This document shows, piece by piece, positions 1 through 13,756 of a DNA stretch of 53,024 nt. Position 1 is the first letter of the stretch. Each line of letters begins with the position of its first letter. Origin of the DNA: Bigelowiella natans CCMP2755 (taxonomy: Eukaryota; Protista; Cercozoa); NCBI GenBank assembly GCA_000320545.1, contig ADNK01000951.1, positions 1-53,024 on the forward strand, given 5' to 3'. The position numbers and the translations under genes are program-made. The notes under the pieces are model-generated. The model was given only the letters and a program-made list of their open reading frames with translations. It had not been told where the DNA came from and ran no database searches.

Positions 1-281
1 GCATGCTTTATCATCATGTACAGAATATGCCATTATTACTTTTTTTCTCCTTTTTTTTGGCCCTCCCCCCCCCCCCCCCCTCCCCACTGAATACGCTGCT
101 GCATTGCTATTATCATCTGTGCGTCTTTGTGTCGTTCCTATTTCATCGTCGTCGTTGTCTCGCTGCGCACAATTGGTGTAACTACCGCTGATGCAGCAGC
201 ACCAGTAGCAGCTTCTTTGGTGGTGATTGATTGCTTTGCTTTGCTTTGGTTCTACGCCGAATTGATCGTTTGGGTGGGCAG

Positions 282-729
282 GGATTTCCCCACACGGGAT
301 CCTCCTCCAGAACCCTGAGGATAAGGAAATACTCGACAGCTACGCCTACAAGGAGGTGGTGACATGGGGCCACTCCGAGTCCAAGTTCATCCTCGTGGTT
401 GGGGACATCGTCCAGCAGAAACGCTTGGTCTTCAAGACACCGAAGGGCGAAATCATGAGGTGGGTTGTGGCTCTGCCAGTAATGATATATGTATGTAGTA
501 GCGCGCCATTCATTAAAGCGAGAACGATAGCGATGAGCGAGGAAGCTATCTGTCTGGTTTCGTCGCTAATTGATCCTGTCCGATTCCTATTCCTATTCCT
601 ATTCCTCTCCCTTCTCTTCCCTCCTCCTCCTCCTCCTCCTCCTTCTCCTATCTCAGGACGTTGATCCATTCATACATCCATTTCAAAGTGCAAAGCAAAA
701 TGCAGGCTGCGAAGGGAGGTGGGAACTGA
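282..729 (+). CDS. 3' end (last two coding exons, 282-459 and 657-729) of a FERM-domain protein, FERM C-lobe as found at the C-terminus of MyTH4-FERM myosins; 5' part lies upstream of the window
   Basis: Spliced translation GISPHGILLQNPEDKEILDSYAYKEVVTWGHSESKFILVVGDIVQQKRLVFKTPKGEIMR|TLIHSYIHFKVQSKMQAAKGGGN* fits the FERM F3 pattern (GI..G...L..Y....I..WG....F.....F.T..G..I..LI..YI). GT-AG intron 460-656 is phase-consistent. Confidence 0.8.
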
Positions 730-805
730 GTTCGGCCCAAAGACACTCTACCGAGGTAACAGGCAGCAGCTGGGGAGCTATATGATGATGACAACGATAA
801 CGATC

Positions 806-839
<34 letters not shown>

Positions 840-950
840 GTCTACAAGCACTAAGCTAACGTAGAGCAGATTGTTTCTCCTGACTGGAACATGGTTCTGA
901 TGCGACGACAGTTGGTTTTGGGAGGACATCATCACCGTCACCATCATCAT

Positions 951-982
<32 letters not shown>

Positions 983-1904
983 TCATCATCCCTCAGGTGC
1001 TCCATTCCTTTGGCTGGTTGAGCAAGCTAAAATAGCACGAACAGACGAAGAAGATGCTCGTAGTGGTAGTGACGATGGAGCCGGTAGCTGGCTGCTGGTG
1101 GTCGATTTTTCGATGATGGCTCGAGAACGTCAGGGTGCTACTTTCCAATATTTTGTTCCAGTCCACCAGGATTTAATCTCTGTATACTTAGAGTTTGCCA
1201 GTAGTTTCTTTCAACCGTCTGTGCGTCGTCTTGTTCCACGTTGTGTGGTAACTTATTATATCTATGGATCGTTTTTCGATCACAACGAATCTTCATGTTC
1301 GATATATCTTCACCATGCGCGTCTAGACGATTTCCCACCCCTGCATGTTCAGATGTGGATGTGTCGCGACGCCACAGCAGCGCGTAGATAGATCGATGTC
1401 CCGCCAGTGTGTTGGTTTGGACTGCGAGTAATGCCCATTGTGCCGTCGCATGGACATCATCACCACTTTAGCTATCTAGCGATGACACATAGCATAGCTC
1501 GCCACGTGCGCATGCGAGTAGTAGTGTGCGCATGCACATATTGTTATTCCGTGCTTATTTGCCATGTGTATCGTAGTTCCATGGTTTCAGCCAGATCGAG
1601 TGGTGCGAGTGTGTGCCTGTTAGTCATTGTAGTTTGGTATTTAATATGCATGCTAGCATGTGCAACCTATACGTACGATACGTTCTAGCGCGCACAGGGT
1701 CGCTAGATCGATGGCAACAAAGTCACACGCCAGGCTTTCTAGCTTTCGCATTTCTTGCATCGCAAATACATGGCGGTGCGTGTCTGCGGCCGTAGCGTAG
1801 CAAGTTATATCGCGCTTATTCTTATAGTACTACACATAGTGCACACGTCGTAGCTGATGTACATACGCGATGCATGCAATGCATGCGCAACCGTGACAAC
1901 ATAC

Positions 1905-1980
1905 ACATTGTGTCCACTACATGAGACGGATGTAATGAATTGATTAAATCTTTTCTTCAATGGTCATCCTAACAATGTAC
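1905..1980. repeat. Dispersed ~80 bp intergenic element, copy 1
   Basis: Aligns by eye to 13060-13156: cattgtg..tcca..cat..gagacggatg..taatg..tgattaaatcttttc..caatggtcatcc.aa.aatgta. Confidence 0.85.
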
Positions 1981-2398
1981 GTAGCTGTGCAATGTATCTT
2001 CTATGTGCGTAGTGCTCATAGCGGTCAAATGTAATGTGCATGCCCTACTGTGTAGCCTTAAATATAGTCGACACAGTACAGGCTACTATGTGCTGCTGAT
2101 GCATAACACGATACGATATGTCACAGTTAGTAAGGTATTAATCCTGTAACCAAATCAACCCCGGCTGCTGCAGCATAGGTCGAAGACAGTAGCAGCAGCA
2201 GCAGCAGCAGCAAGACTCACGCACCATCATCGTCACATGGGCTCAGACTCGCGGAATAATACTCGCGGAATAATAATGGGCTCCTAGCTGCACTGTTTTG
2301 AAAAGCCCGTCTCCACTGCTACTACGCAGCTTGCTCCCTACGCAGCGTGTCAAACATTTTTCGATCAATCAGAAGCTCACACTTTTATGGCAGCATGT

Positions 2399-4069
2399 TC
2401 ATCTGAGCAGAATCCCTCCTTCAATACGTGAAGGCGGCCCCATTCCTTGGAGCACGTTCCCCCTTGGAACGGGCAGCAACGCTTTTTTTGGAAGGCTTAC
2501 GAATGGAATGACTCCGTTGTTGCGGGTGCGACAGCACTACCAACACATGACTGTGGTTGTGCCATGGCTAACAGCTCGTGCGCATATGTGTGTGTGTGTG
2601 GTTATGTGTGTGTGTGTGTGTGTGGTATATATGAGGAACCCAAATCAAACAGGCATCGACCAATCGCCGAGAGATTCTACCTCGTCATATTCGTGTTCTT
2701 GCTTGGCTTTCTGCTGCCAATATCAGGAGAACATGCTCGGGACAACCCTCCCTGTACGGCGAGAATGCAAGAGCAGAAAGATCAACATCATTATTCGGGG
2801 CACACGCTCTTACCACGATTTGACTCACTACTACCCGTTTGAACGTCGTAGAGAAGAGAAGCTCCGCATCTACCACGGACGCCACGTCCCCCCCCCTGTC
2901 GTCGTGATCCTGAAAAGGAGGAAGAGAGAATGGGCAGGGGTTTGCATGGCATGGCACTTCATTCAAGGTGCTCTGTGAAGTTTCTGATGAGCAGTCTCGG
3001 TCTCCTCCTCCCCCTCTTCCACTTCCTCTTCTTCTTCTTCTTCTTCTTCTGTCTTCTTTGCCATCCCCGACCTTCAGGTTGAAAACAACGTCGCAAGCGA
3101 CAACACCACAGTTCTGTCGTAGGAGCAGCAGCAATAGCAATAGAAGCAACAGCAACACAACAAGATGATCCCCAGAATCACGAGAGGTTGTTTGTCTCAC
3201 TCAAGACGGTACGTGGAATAATGTCCTTCACACTTGATGTTGTGTTGTTGTAATGAGTATATGTCTTCTTGTGCTCCTATTCCGACAAGTGGGTGGTGGT
3301 AGTAGTAGTAGTTGCAGTAGTACCTGTATCTTGTCCAGAATGAATTGTGGGCGTTCTTTGCGAAGCCGTGGGGACATGTACTGCTCCAAGAACGTCTGCA
3401 TCCACTTCGAGTGCCCTGAGTGACAATAGGAAGAGTGAGTAACCCAACACCAAGCCTCATTCACAGATTGGCTCACGCAAACAGGGGGGGGGGGGGGGGG
3501 GGGACTCTAGCAGATGACGACGAAGAAATGGCTCGACCACCACCCCCCACCTACTTACCTACTATGACAACTCTCTTTTCTGGGGAATACCTGATGGTAA
3601 TGGTAGGGATGTTCATGGTGATGATGATAATGATGAGAAAACTAACAAACGCAGACGCGCATCGCACAAACAAGCAAAGATGAAGACAAAATGGTAGTAG
3701 GGCTGGTTGGCCCGCTTGGAAGTACCGAAGATATTCAACAAAATGCGCCATCCGGTTGAGAAATCTGCCTGTGCTCTCTACGGTGTCGTCCCACCTGAGG
3801 GGGAAAGGTGTAGTGATAGTAGGAAATCAGAGGGCGGCTAGCTCAGGATTGGGATTTTCAATAGGTTTTATATCAAGAAATGTACATGTACGCTGTGCAC
3901 ACTAGAAGAAAGCGTAACCATGCATCTGTGCAGTCGTTGACGTCCACCATCCTGTCGCAGCTCTAGGAAGGAATCAGCAGCAGTACACCAACAAACAAGA
4001 GCAGGAACAAGAGCAAGGCTTCCTCAGACAACAAGCTTCATCATGTCACCCTGCCAAAAGACACTTCAC

Positions 4070-4115
<46 letters not shown>

Positions 4116-5211
4116 ATATAATATATATATTTGTTAATATATCTCTCACTGTGTTTATTCAACTCCAAAGTACCAGGCGGAAGCTGTTTCGCTGCACCTC
4201 CGTTAACGCGTAGGGCTGTTGGTTGTCGCCCGACGATGTAGGAGTTCACAAACACATCATCATCATTCAGAACAACAACAACAACAACAACAACAACAAC
4301 TCTCAAAACGATGGAAAATGATGGGCATCTTAACGATGCGGGTCTGTTCTCTATTTATTTTCGTCTGAGAGGCGCGTCGTCTCCTATCTCCGCAACCCGC
4401 ATGCTGCTGTTGCTGCTGCTTTTTCTTCTTCTTCTTTTTCGTGGTAGTAGTAGTACCTTCGTGGCGTTCCGGCCGTAGAACAAGTCGAGAGTTTTCTGAG
4501 AATTCTGGAGGATTTGTTGGCCCCGGAAGCTGGAAACGCAATCGCGTGCTCCTGTTTATCATCACCATCAGCATCATCATTATCATTATTATTATTATCA
4601 TTGTTATTATTAGTGTTATCATGATAACTATTTATCATTATTGTTGCTGCCACTCTTTGAGGCGATATGAGTGAGAGGGGTGAAGTGGAACGTTAGCAGA
4701 ACAAACGAATGAATCTCGAGAGACGTGATCAATGTGGATAATCATCGGATATAAAATGAAATGACATGATCAAAGATAATAGTAAGACAGCAAGCCTAGC
4801 AGTCTCTGCTTCATTTGCTTGTTTCTACGGCTACGATGGGAATCACAACGCCACCAAAACTCCATCTCGTCTCTGATCGCGACTACTACCAAAATTTCTT
4901 TTCTCTCTCAAGCTCGACATTAGCTTGATGGGGGGAGACTGCTGCTGCTGCTGCTGCTGCTGCCCGGATCTGCATAAGTGTGGGGACAACAAGCATGTAA
5001 TGGTGGTGGTTGGTGCTTTTTTTTCGGGTCATGGAGAGCTGCAATGCCTGTGGAAGCGAAACAGCGAAGACATGGGAACGGATGCTGCCTGCTGCAAGTT
5101 GCACACTAATATCACTTACCCCCCCCCTTCTTCAGAAGATGCCTCAGCAGCCTTCGGATGCTCCTATTCAACGCATGTTGGCGTACATATATGTATATGT
5201 GATATATGCAT

Positions 5212-5245
<34 letters not shown>

Positions 5246-5516
5246 CATTGGTTTTCATCAACCCTTTAATTTCTTCTGACAGACAGGGGTGGGGGTAAGA
5301 AAGAGAAGAAGAAGCCCGGGAAAGAAACCACTGCTGTTTGAACAGCTCGGGAGAGAGGAGATGATAGTAAAAGGTCGCAGTTTAGGAATTTCTCGACATA
5401 TTTTTGCCTAGCAACAGCAACAGGGACAGAGCATATGTGTAGGGCCCCAGGGGAAAGGAAAGGGGGTGCTCCGTGATGCAGTACAGATAATCCACTTTGA
5501 GGAGAGGAGAGGAGAG

Positions 5517-5557
<41 letters not shown>

Positions 5558-5619
5558 GGGGGGGGGGGGGGAGAACCGTTTCATATTTGTAGTCTTTACT
5601 TCTCCAATTGCATAGAGCT

Positions 5620-5653
<34 letters not shown>

Positions 5654-6224
5654 GTAGTAGCAACAGCAGCGGCAGCCATACTCACCAAACAACCGTATAT
5701 TAACAATCTCATCCTTCGACTTCTACCACTCACTAGTGTTGATGATTACTCTTACTGCTACTACTACTACTACGACGACGACGACGACGACGACTACTAC
5801 TACTACTACTACTACTACCACTACCTTGATTTGGGTTCTCAAAGCTTGTGCTTGCATCACGCCCTCTGCATGCAGAGGATGGTCCTGATAATAAGTAGCA
5901 GTAGTCGTAGCAAAGGAGATGGTGTTACGAGGAGGAGGAGGAGGGGGAGGAGGAGGAGGAGGAGGAATAATACAACATCTTGTTAAGATGGAACTCGGCT
6001 GACATTTAACCCAACATTACTCATCATGTTTACTCAACCATATGGAGAGAGAGAGAGAGAGAGAGAGTGCGTATGTGTGTGTGCGTAATATGATATACAC
6101 CAACCTCTGACCAGACAGCGGAAACTCCTAAATCTACTTCCTGTGCATGGTTCCTAACAGATCATCACCACCATCATAATCATCATCATCATCATCTATA
6201 TACATCATCATCACCGTCGTGTAC

Positions 6225-6262
<38 letters not shown>

Positions 6263-6298
6263 CATTCACGTATATACTTCAATATGTATTGCACATGA

Positions 6299-6335
<37 letters not shown>

Positions 6336-7254
6336 ATACCACAGGGATTTTGCATGCCTCACGAGAAAGATGGTCTTTTGCTGAAGCGGCGGACTTGCAA
6401 GCTGCGGTGAACCAGCAAGGATCATATCAACAACAAGTGCTATGGCCACACTCTCGAATCATCGAGAAAACGACCTTTAATGAAACGGAAAGGCTCTGTG
6501 GAAAGAACGGCTTCGGAGTAAAAACCAAGGGAACTTGAACCGTTTTCGTCGCCTGAAAGATGACCCCAACGTACAGCAGCCCTCAGATCCATGCGAACAT
6601 GCATACCGACGACCATGTTCATTTCGGCGGGGACATGGGAGGATGAGCGCGCAGGTTAGCGTTCTACTACCTTTTGGGAAAGCTCCTCAACTTTCACCGT
6701 TGTGTACCCGACAACATCCTAGGTGGACGACGACGACGACAACGACGTGCAACAGAGAAGAGAGCGCATTCATTTTAATTGCCGCACAGGTTTGCTGTTC
6801 AGCCGCACATTGCTATGGTCAATCATGCGAGTAGCAAGTAGCATCATCGATCGATGACCTCCCCCGTTGGGTGACTGTAGTCGTACACGACAATGTGTAT
6901 GATGTCGTTCTTCGGGTCACTTCGGCCGGAGTAGGGCTAAGAACAAGCACCACGCGTAAGATAGAATCCAGCTGCAATTTCTACCACCCGCGCTACTACG
7001 AGGTTCTTTGTGTGTATTCTGTCGTCCACACCATCAAGGGCTTCGTTGTTCTCCAAATCGCAGAGGAACACTCGCGCCGGACGGGCCAAACCTTTTTCGT
7101 AGAACAACAAGGCTGCGCTTAGAGTCGGCGATTGATGATGACGAACCACCGACGAATGGCTACTAGCATGGTGGTACTTGGACGATCTCCGTCGGGACCC
7201 GCACGCTCCTTCTCTCCTCTTTGGTGTCGATGTGAATCTCCTTGGCCTCCTACA

Positions 7255-7296
<42 letters not shown>

Positions 7297-7957
7297 GATG
7301 ATGACGAGAATGGACGATTCGATGTGCTGCTACGTGACGATATGATCTAAGGACTGTGCGGCTCACCTCTTCCTTCCCCCCTTCAAGAGGTCCCTCTTTT
7401 GTAGAGGCGTTGCTGTCCCCTTTTTCCTCTTTACTTTGGACCCACATTACGACATAAGGTGACGGTGGTGTGGTGTGGCCTGACAATGAGCCCTTCATTC
7501 CCTAGTCGTATTGTTACATGTTGAGTATGACGATGGTGGTGGTGGTGGTGGTAATGAGCACACATTTGGATTAGAAGGGCGTGGTTATTCGACCTTCGGT
7601 ACATTCAACGCGCTTTCGAGAAATATCAAATACGGTTGGACTGCGAACATCGACAACACTCAGTCAATTGTACTTAGGAAGCGAGCAACCAGCAACGACG
7701 ACGACGATGGGGGAGGAGAATGAGGTAGCAAGAGAGGGAGGAGGAAGGCGGGAGGAGAAGGACGGACCTCCTTTCCTGTAAACGAATTTCTTCTTCCCAA
7801 AGGGATGCAGCGGCCTCCTTGAGCAGCATCCCACCGAGTTGCCTTTGAACAAAAGGGAGGGGAGGAGAACACTCAGATACGAATTGAATGATGCCGCTAT
7901 GTCATTATTCCTCATCTGATAGACTGGTGGGAGCCACAACAACCAACCTGTTCCCAT
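2399..7957 (-). CDS. Multi-exon protein with an N-terminal acylation motif, a C2 domain and a histidine phosphatase (phosphoglycerate mutase-like) domain
   Basis: Exons give MGTG|NSVGCCSRR; C2-like PYLIFLESALNVPK, SPYVVMWV, DIIHIVVYDY, DVVGYTTVKVEEL; phosphatase motifs TIFLVRHAKSLW (~6345-6375), DHPLHAEGVMQAQAL, LLSSPLSRAVQTA, LMSSLRE, WWDDTVESTGRFLNRM, RVVIVGHS, KIQNCGVV. The 3' end is uncertain: the stop is at 2399-2401 via a phase-consistent exon chain, or at ~2685 if the last large exon reads through. Confidence 0.8.
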
Positions 7958-8218
7958 GCTCGGAGGAGGGAGGGGCGCAGCAAGCTACTAGTCGAAACAA
8001 TGAGGGCGTGGGGCCAGATCTGGGGAGAATGATCGGTACGACGTAGTTTTCCGGGTGCAAATACAAGTGATTTAACATGATGCGACAATGATGATTCCTT
8101 GTCGCACCCAGAAGAAGAAGAAGAAACTCCACCTCTCGCGCTCCATATCAGTGACGACGAGCAAGCCGCATCAAGCTGGAAGGTGGAGGGGGAGGAGGAG
8201 AAGGAGGAACCCCACCTC

Positions 8219-10156
8219 ATGGTGCACCCGAGGACGAATCCTGATGGGAGGGAAGATAGCAGGAGATGGAAGCGTGGGTTGGCCTTGTTCCCCTGCTTTG
8301 CTGTACTGGTCCTCACCGTATCCGCAGCTCTCCAACCGTTCGGAACGAGAAGGGTAGTAGTAGTAGGCGTTGCTGTGGAGGAAAAGGATGGGGGCGGGAA
8401 GAGATATGCTCAAAGCACACACGCGAGAAAAAAGGTATGCCTTTCAGGCCGTAACAATGGTGATGGTTTGTGGTAATAGCTAAGTGTACAACCTTCATTT
8501 CCTATCGTGTATGGCAAAACAGCAGCAGGCACACGTCGCACGTGGTCCGATGAGAATCCGTCGCTCTTGGTTGTCTCTGGGGATCCCCTCCAATGCGAAA
8601 GCTCAGGAATGCAGCCGACCTTGCTCGGACCAAACGTTAAACAACAAGCTTCGAGGGGGGGCTGGCTCGGCGTCCCTGGCGTCTTCGTCTCCCCCCTCCC
8701 CAAGGAGGAAAATCGATTTGAATGAGATGATTAAGGCTCTTTCGGAAACGCCCCCCAGGGAGCTTTTAAGTTCTCAACAATCCGACCTTATGGAGTTTCA
8801 AGGGAAACACTGGGAAGTGACAACGCTAGTAGGCTCCATGGCAATGTCGGGGTGAGTGCGAGTTTATTGCGACGCAACCGACAGCACGTGGCTGCTCAGC
8901 ACAATTGCCGATCCATACGATTGCAATAGTCTGATTTCACCTTTTATTACGATTGTTGAATCGGCCGTCAGCACCACATGCTAATGCGCTTCTCTCATCA
9001 ACAGTTACGAAGACGGGCCGGTATCTTCTGCGAAACTCACCGCGCCAGTATGCCTTGCATACGGCCAGAAAACAGACAGTATATACTTCACGGATGTATT
9101 CTTAAATACAGTGCGAAAACTGCACCTTGACGGGAACCGAGTCAGGTTATACCTCTTCGAGATCATGCCCGTGGTGGACGCGTTGTCAAAACAATAGCGC
9201 TCTTGAAGATGGAGTTGTACAGACACTCAATGATAATAACCAAAATCACAATCACAATCATGATCATGATCATCATCATAATCGTAACGATGATGATGAT
9301 GACTGTCCCTCAAACAACTCGCAGCACGTATTCTGGAACACCGAAGCGGAAAAACGAGCGGATGAAGGGGTTCGGGCCTCACCAATGGAGCACTCGAGAA
9401 CCGCAGGAAGTGAGTATTATGCATGCATGATGGTGGCTTTTCGAAAATAGAATACGTGTCTCAATTCAACGCTTCTGCGACAATAAGGCGTTCATGGAAT
9501 TGTGTGTTTTGTCTCCTCTTTTGCCTCCCCCCCCCCCCCCCCCCCCCCCGACCACCCAGTACGCGGAGCCTTTTTATATTGCAGCTGACGCGGAAGAGAA
9601 CTTATACGTAGGAGACAGCTTAAACTTTCGTGTTGCGAAGGTCACACCTGACGGAAAGGTTGTTCTTCTCTCATTTACTAGTAGTATGGAGCTTGGACGA
9701 GTGAGTAGTATAAGAAGTAGCAGTAGTATTAGTAGTAGTAGTCGTAGTAGTGGGGTGGGGGTAGTGGTAGTATCCGCCATTGATTCATTTTTATTGTTTA
9801 TTCTCGCATCTTGAAGGCTCATCTTTTCGCTGGGCCCTTGCCGCACGACGGCGAACCTGGTCAAATAGACGGAAAGCAATTCAAGGTAAATTGAGGATGA
9901 TGATGACGACGACAACGATGATGGCAATGATGATGATGACGATGATGATGATGATGGGATGGTTTCACCCGAAAGTATCTGCGAGAAAGTCACAGCACCG
10001 GTTGGGCTGCTCTGCTCCACATTATTGTGCAGGGTCGTTTCCAGACGGTTAACGGTGTATTTCCCGATGATCACGGAAACGTCTATGTCATGGATTCCCT
10101 CTCGCGTTCGGTGCGGAAGATTTGCAACACCACGGACAGGATGGTGCACAGATAAA

Positions 10157-10210
<54 letters not shown>

Positions 10211-10407
10211 TACATGTCCTTGACTCTCAACTATCACCCGCTTGCGCGTCTTCTCCCCTCTCTTCTGAGCAGCTTGTGACGCTGCGTGGGGACATCGAGT
10301 GGGGCAAACGGAAGCTACGGTTAGAGGCGACGATGATGACCATCTTGAGTGTAGCTGTTGTGTATAAACACGGCTGTATAAACTAAGGAGAAAGTGATAT
10401 CTGATAG

Positions 10408-10469
<62 letters not shown>

Positions 10470-11751
10470 CCTTCTATGACTGCGCATTTACCTGGCCGAA
10501 GCTAAGCAACGATAAGCGTATTGCCTGTTCTCCTCACGATTTCATTTTCCTTCCCTCCTTTCTGTCATATTCTGTCATCTTTTGTTGTGCCCCCCCCCCC
10601 CCCCCTCCCCCCCCTTTCGCAACTTGCAAACATAGCTGTGGAAGGCACCTTGTCGTCGACAAAGACGACAACGTATACGTTAGTATCTATGACGGGCCTC
10701 ACGACGAGTGGGAGCGGTACTACTCACTCCTCATCGCGAACATGATGATACTTCGGCGATGACTTCGCATTTCTCATGGACTCTTTGCTAGAGGGGAGAT
10801 ACTACGACAAGAAGACCTATGTTCACTTGCAGATCATTCAACAACCCTCTATATATGCCGGCCAGATGGGGAGGGAGAGGAGGGAATGGGGGGCGGGGAG
10901 GGTATCTGTTGTTGGTCGATAGTGTGTCGCTCTTACTCTTCCATGGAGTGGCGAGAATTGACGTAGGCCCTTCCTTATTTCATGCTGTCTTGTGCTGTCG
11001 CATTGCTCCTCGGTATACTCATAATAGACATCGAAAGATAACGGAGGACTCACACTGCATCAAGAAAATCACCCCCGGCGGCCAAATCTCGATGTAAGAC
11101 TGCAATATACCGTTTTTACGCATGATTGGGCGAGAAACGAGTATTTTTTCCGGTGTTTCCTTTCTTCTTTGTGAACCCCCGTTTTCTCTTAGACATTAAT
11201 GTTGGAACAGGTTCGCTGGAAGTGGTAATTGGGGTCATCTTGACGGACAGCTCTCGAGAGCAAGGTGGATATACATGACTCCTGCAGTCTCGCATTTCGA
11301 GTAGTGTCAAAACTGCTATATAATGCGGGGGGGGGGGAGGGTATTTGGACAGATGGAGTTAATCCTATGGCGTTTGTCATTCGATCTTGCGTATCATGGG
11401 CCACACGCACACATTGTATATTATATACAACAACGGATCGTTTGCCTTCTCTCGAGTCTGGCAAAATAGATGACATTACGTTGAAATCAAGGTTTCGATC
11501 TCCCAGCCAGATGGCCATTGCACCCGATAGGACGATATACGTATCGGTTCGCAATCCATTTCGATTCTTGACTGATGCTCCTTGACTGATGCTCCTTGAA
11601 TCATTTATGATGTGAAATATGACGAGTTTGTAAGTATATTCCATGAAGATAATATAAATGTACAGAGTGCGTGCGTGCGTGTGTGTAGATATAATATAAT
11701 TGACTTCAGGGAACAGAAATTTTTTTTTTCAATTTTTTTTTTTTCCCCCCC

Positions 11752-11787
<36 letters not shown>

Positions 11788-12455
11788 TATCTCTCACCCT
11801 GTCTGCTCTTCCTCGATGATTAACTGATACTCGAATTTAACGCCTCCTCATCCTACGCACCACCCTTGTTGCAGGATTCTGGAAACAATTGCATCCGAGC
11901 CATAACTCCAAACAACTTCGTGCACACGCTGGCAGGGAGTCGAGAACTCAGTGCGAAAGTCGATGGGCCTGCGAGGTATGGCGTGGGCCGTACGCCGCGA
12001 AGATCGACTTTATTTACTTAAAAAAGAGTAGTATTGGAACACACGTAATGTAACAAACAATCGCCCTGTCGCTATCCAGGCAAGCAGGCTTTAGTTGTCC
12101 GCATGGGATCACGGTGGACCCTGTTGGCAACATCTATGTCGGTGATACCGACAGTCGCGCGTAATACTACCCAGGCAAATCACAAACCTCGGACCTCATT
12201 CTCATTTTATTGTCGCAAGTCAGCGAATCGCGATATCTCCACCACATCACTTTCGCGTTTCCTTTCCTTAACATATGAATAATACACTGACGCAATTTTA
12301 GGATTCGAAAGATATCGCCTGCTAAACCCTACATACCTGAATCGAAGGAGGAGGATGAGGAGGAGGGGTGGCGTAAAGCAGCTACCAAAACTATTGAATC
12401 TGCGCAAGCACGGGGAACTCTGGATAACCATGAAGATGATGATGTCCTATTTTGA
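8219..12455 (+). CDS. NHL-repeat (beta-propeller) protein with an N-terminal signal/transit-like leader and an acidic C-terminal tail
   Basis: Exons encode NHL blades: VTTLVGS..GYEDGPVSSAKLTAPVCLAY..SIYFTD, PFYIAADAEENLYVGDSLNFRVAKVTPDG, HLVVDKDDNVYVS, SHCIKKITPGG, LAGSGNWGHLDG..ARFRSPSQMAIAPDRTIYVS, DSGNNCIRAITP..VHTLAGS, FSCPHGITVDPVGNIYVGDTDSRAIRKIS. Stop TGA at 12453-12455. Confidence 0.85.
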
Positions 12456-13059
12456 GAACGAACGCCTATCCGTTTGCATGATTAGTTCAGTTTGAATAAT
12501 AATAGCTAGCCAGCCAGATGCATTTGACTACGATGTTCAATGAGAGTGCGTCGTAGCGGATCGGCGGGTCGTAATAACATCGCCGGCGGGCACTCACGAG
12601 TCGTGCAGTAGCTATAATAGCTACATCTTCGCAATCGTGCCACGCTTAATGAGCAGCTGCTACACTAGCTAGCTGTGGGTAGCGCACAGCCCACATGATC
12701 GATCGCAGATGTGTCGTCATGATGACGCGCGCTCTCCATATGTACTATTCCACATGGCGTGTATTGCATGATCGAGATGCATATGCGCACGCGCACATGC
12801 GTACGTACACACAATGGTCACCGCCGTGCATAGAGGTGCACAGGCCGCGTGTACAACGCACATCAGCTTTGTGCAGCTCATGCATTGCTAGCGCCGCCGC
12901 CAACGACAACGTAGCCACGCAAGCATATGAGATGAGAGACGGCGCTGTGCGCGCAATGAACAAATCCAATTTGTTCAACATGGTCATCCCAAGCGTAACT
13001 AGTACGTAGCTAGCTAGCTAGGTAGCCACACAAGCTGGCCAGTGACCACAGCGCTCGCG

Positions 13060-13156
13060 CATTGTGTTCATTTGTCCATTCACATGTGAGACGGATGCAT
13101 AATGCAACGAAGTGCGTGATTAAATCTTTTCAACAATGGTCATCCCAATAATGTAG
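13060..13156. repeat. Dispersed ~80 bp intergenic element, copy 2
   Basis: Same blocks and orientation as 1905-1980, with short insertions. Confidence 0.85.
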
Positions 13157-13756
13157 CTAAGCCGGCTACAGCGCTTAGGGCGCTAGCTGTGCTGTGCTAC
13201 TCTAGTACATGCGCGTACTACTTTGTAGCGTAGCAATATATAGCTACGTCACGTGCATTATTACCACCGATCGACATGCACAGCAGGCTTGCCATCTCTA
13301 CATGGACCTGTACAGGTGTCTACTCGCTTGCGATAGATGCATACGTTGCTCTGGTGCTAATTGTCTAATTGTGACGCATGTGTGGTCGACACCGCAGTAC
13401 GGCATGATTGAACGCCCGATCCGTTCGTGCTTGCACATCACGACCGACGTGAGCTCTGCCGCTAATATGCATGGAAAAACGGAGTTGTACACAGTAAAAA
13501 GTTTTGAACTGCGGGCAATGCGGGTTGCCATTTCTTCGCGGCAACACCCAGCGAGGTCTCATGCCACAGACTACTCCATGATTTAGTCATGCATGTGGAA
13601 TCGATCGATCGATCGAAGAAGGAAATAAAATATTCTTTGATGCATTTCAAATTGCTATTAAAATGTAGATACCATTAATTAATTCAACTAATACAAAGAT
13701 GTAGAATAATGAGTGGAAATGAGGGATCGACCCTCATTTCCGCATCGCCATATTCA

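Noticed and set aside
891-6410. Poly-His, poly-Met, VCVC and ERER ORFs in the ORF track
   Set aside because: Translations of intronic or UTR microsatellites.
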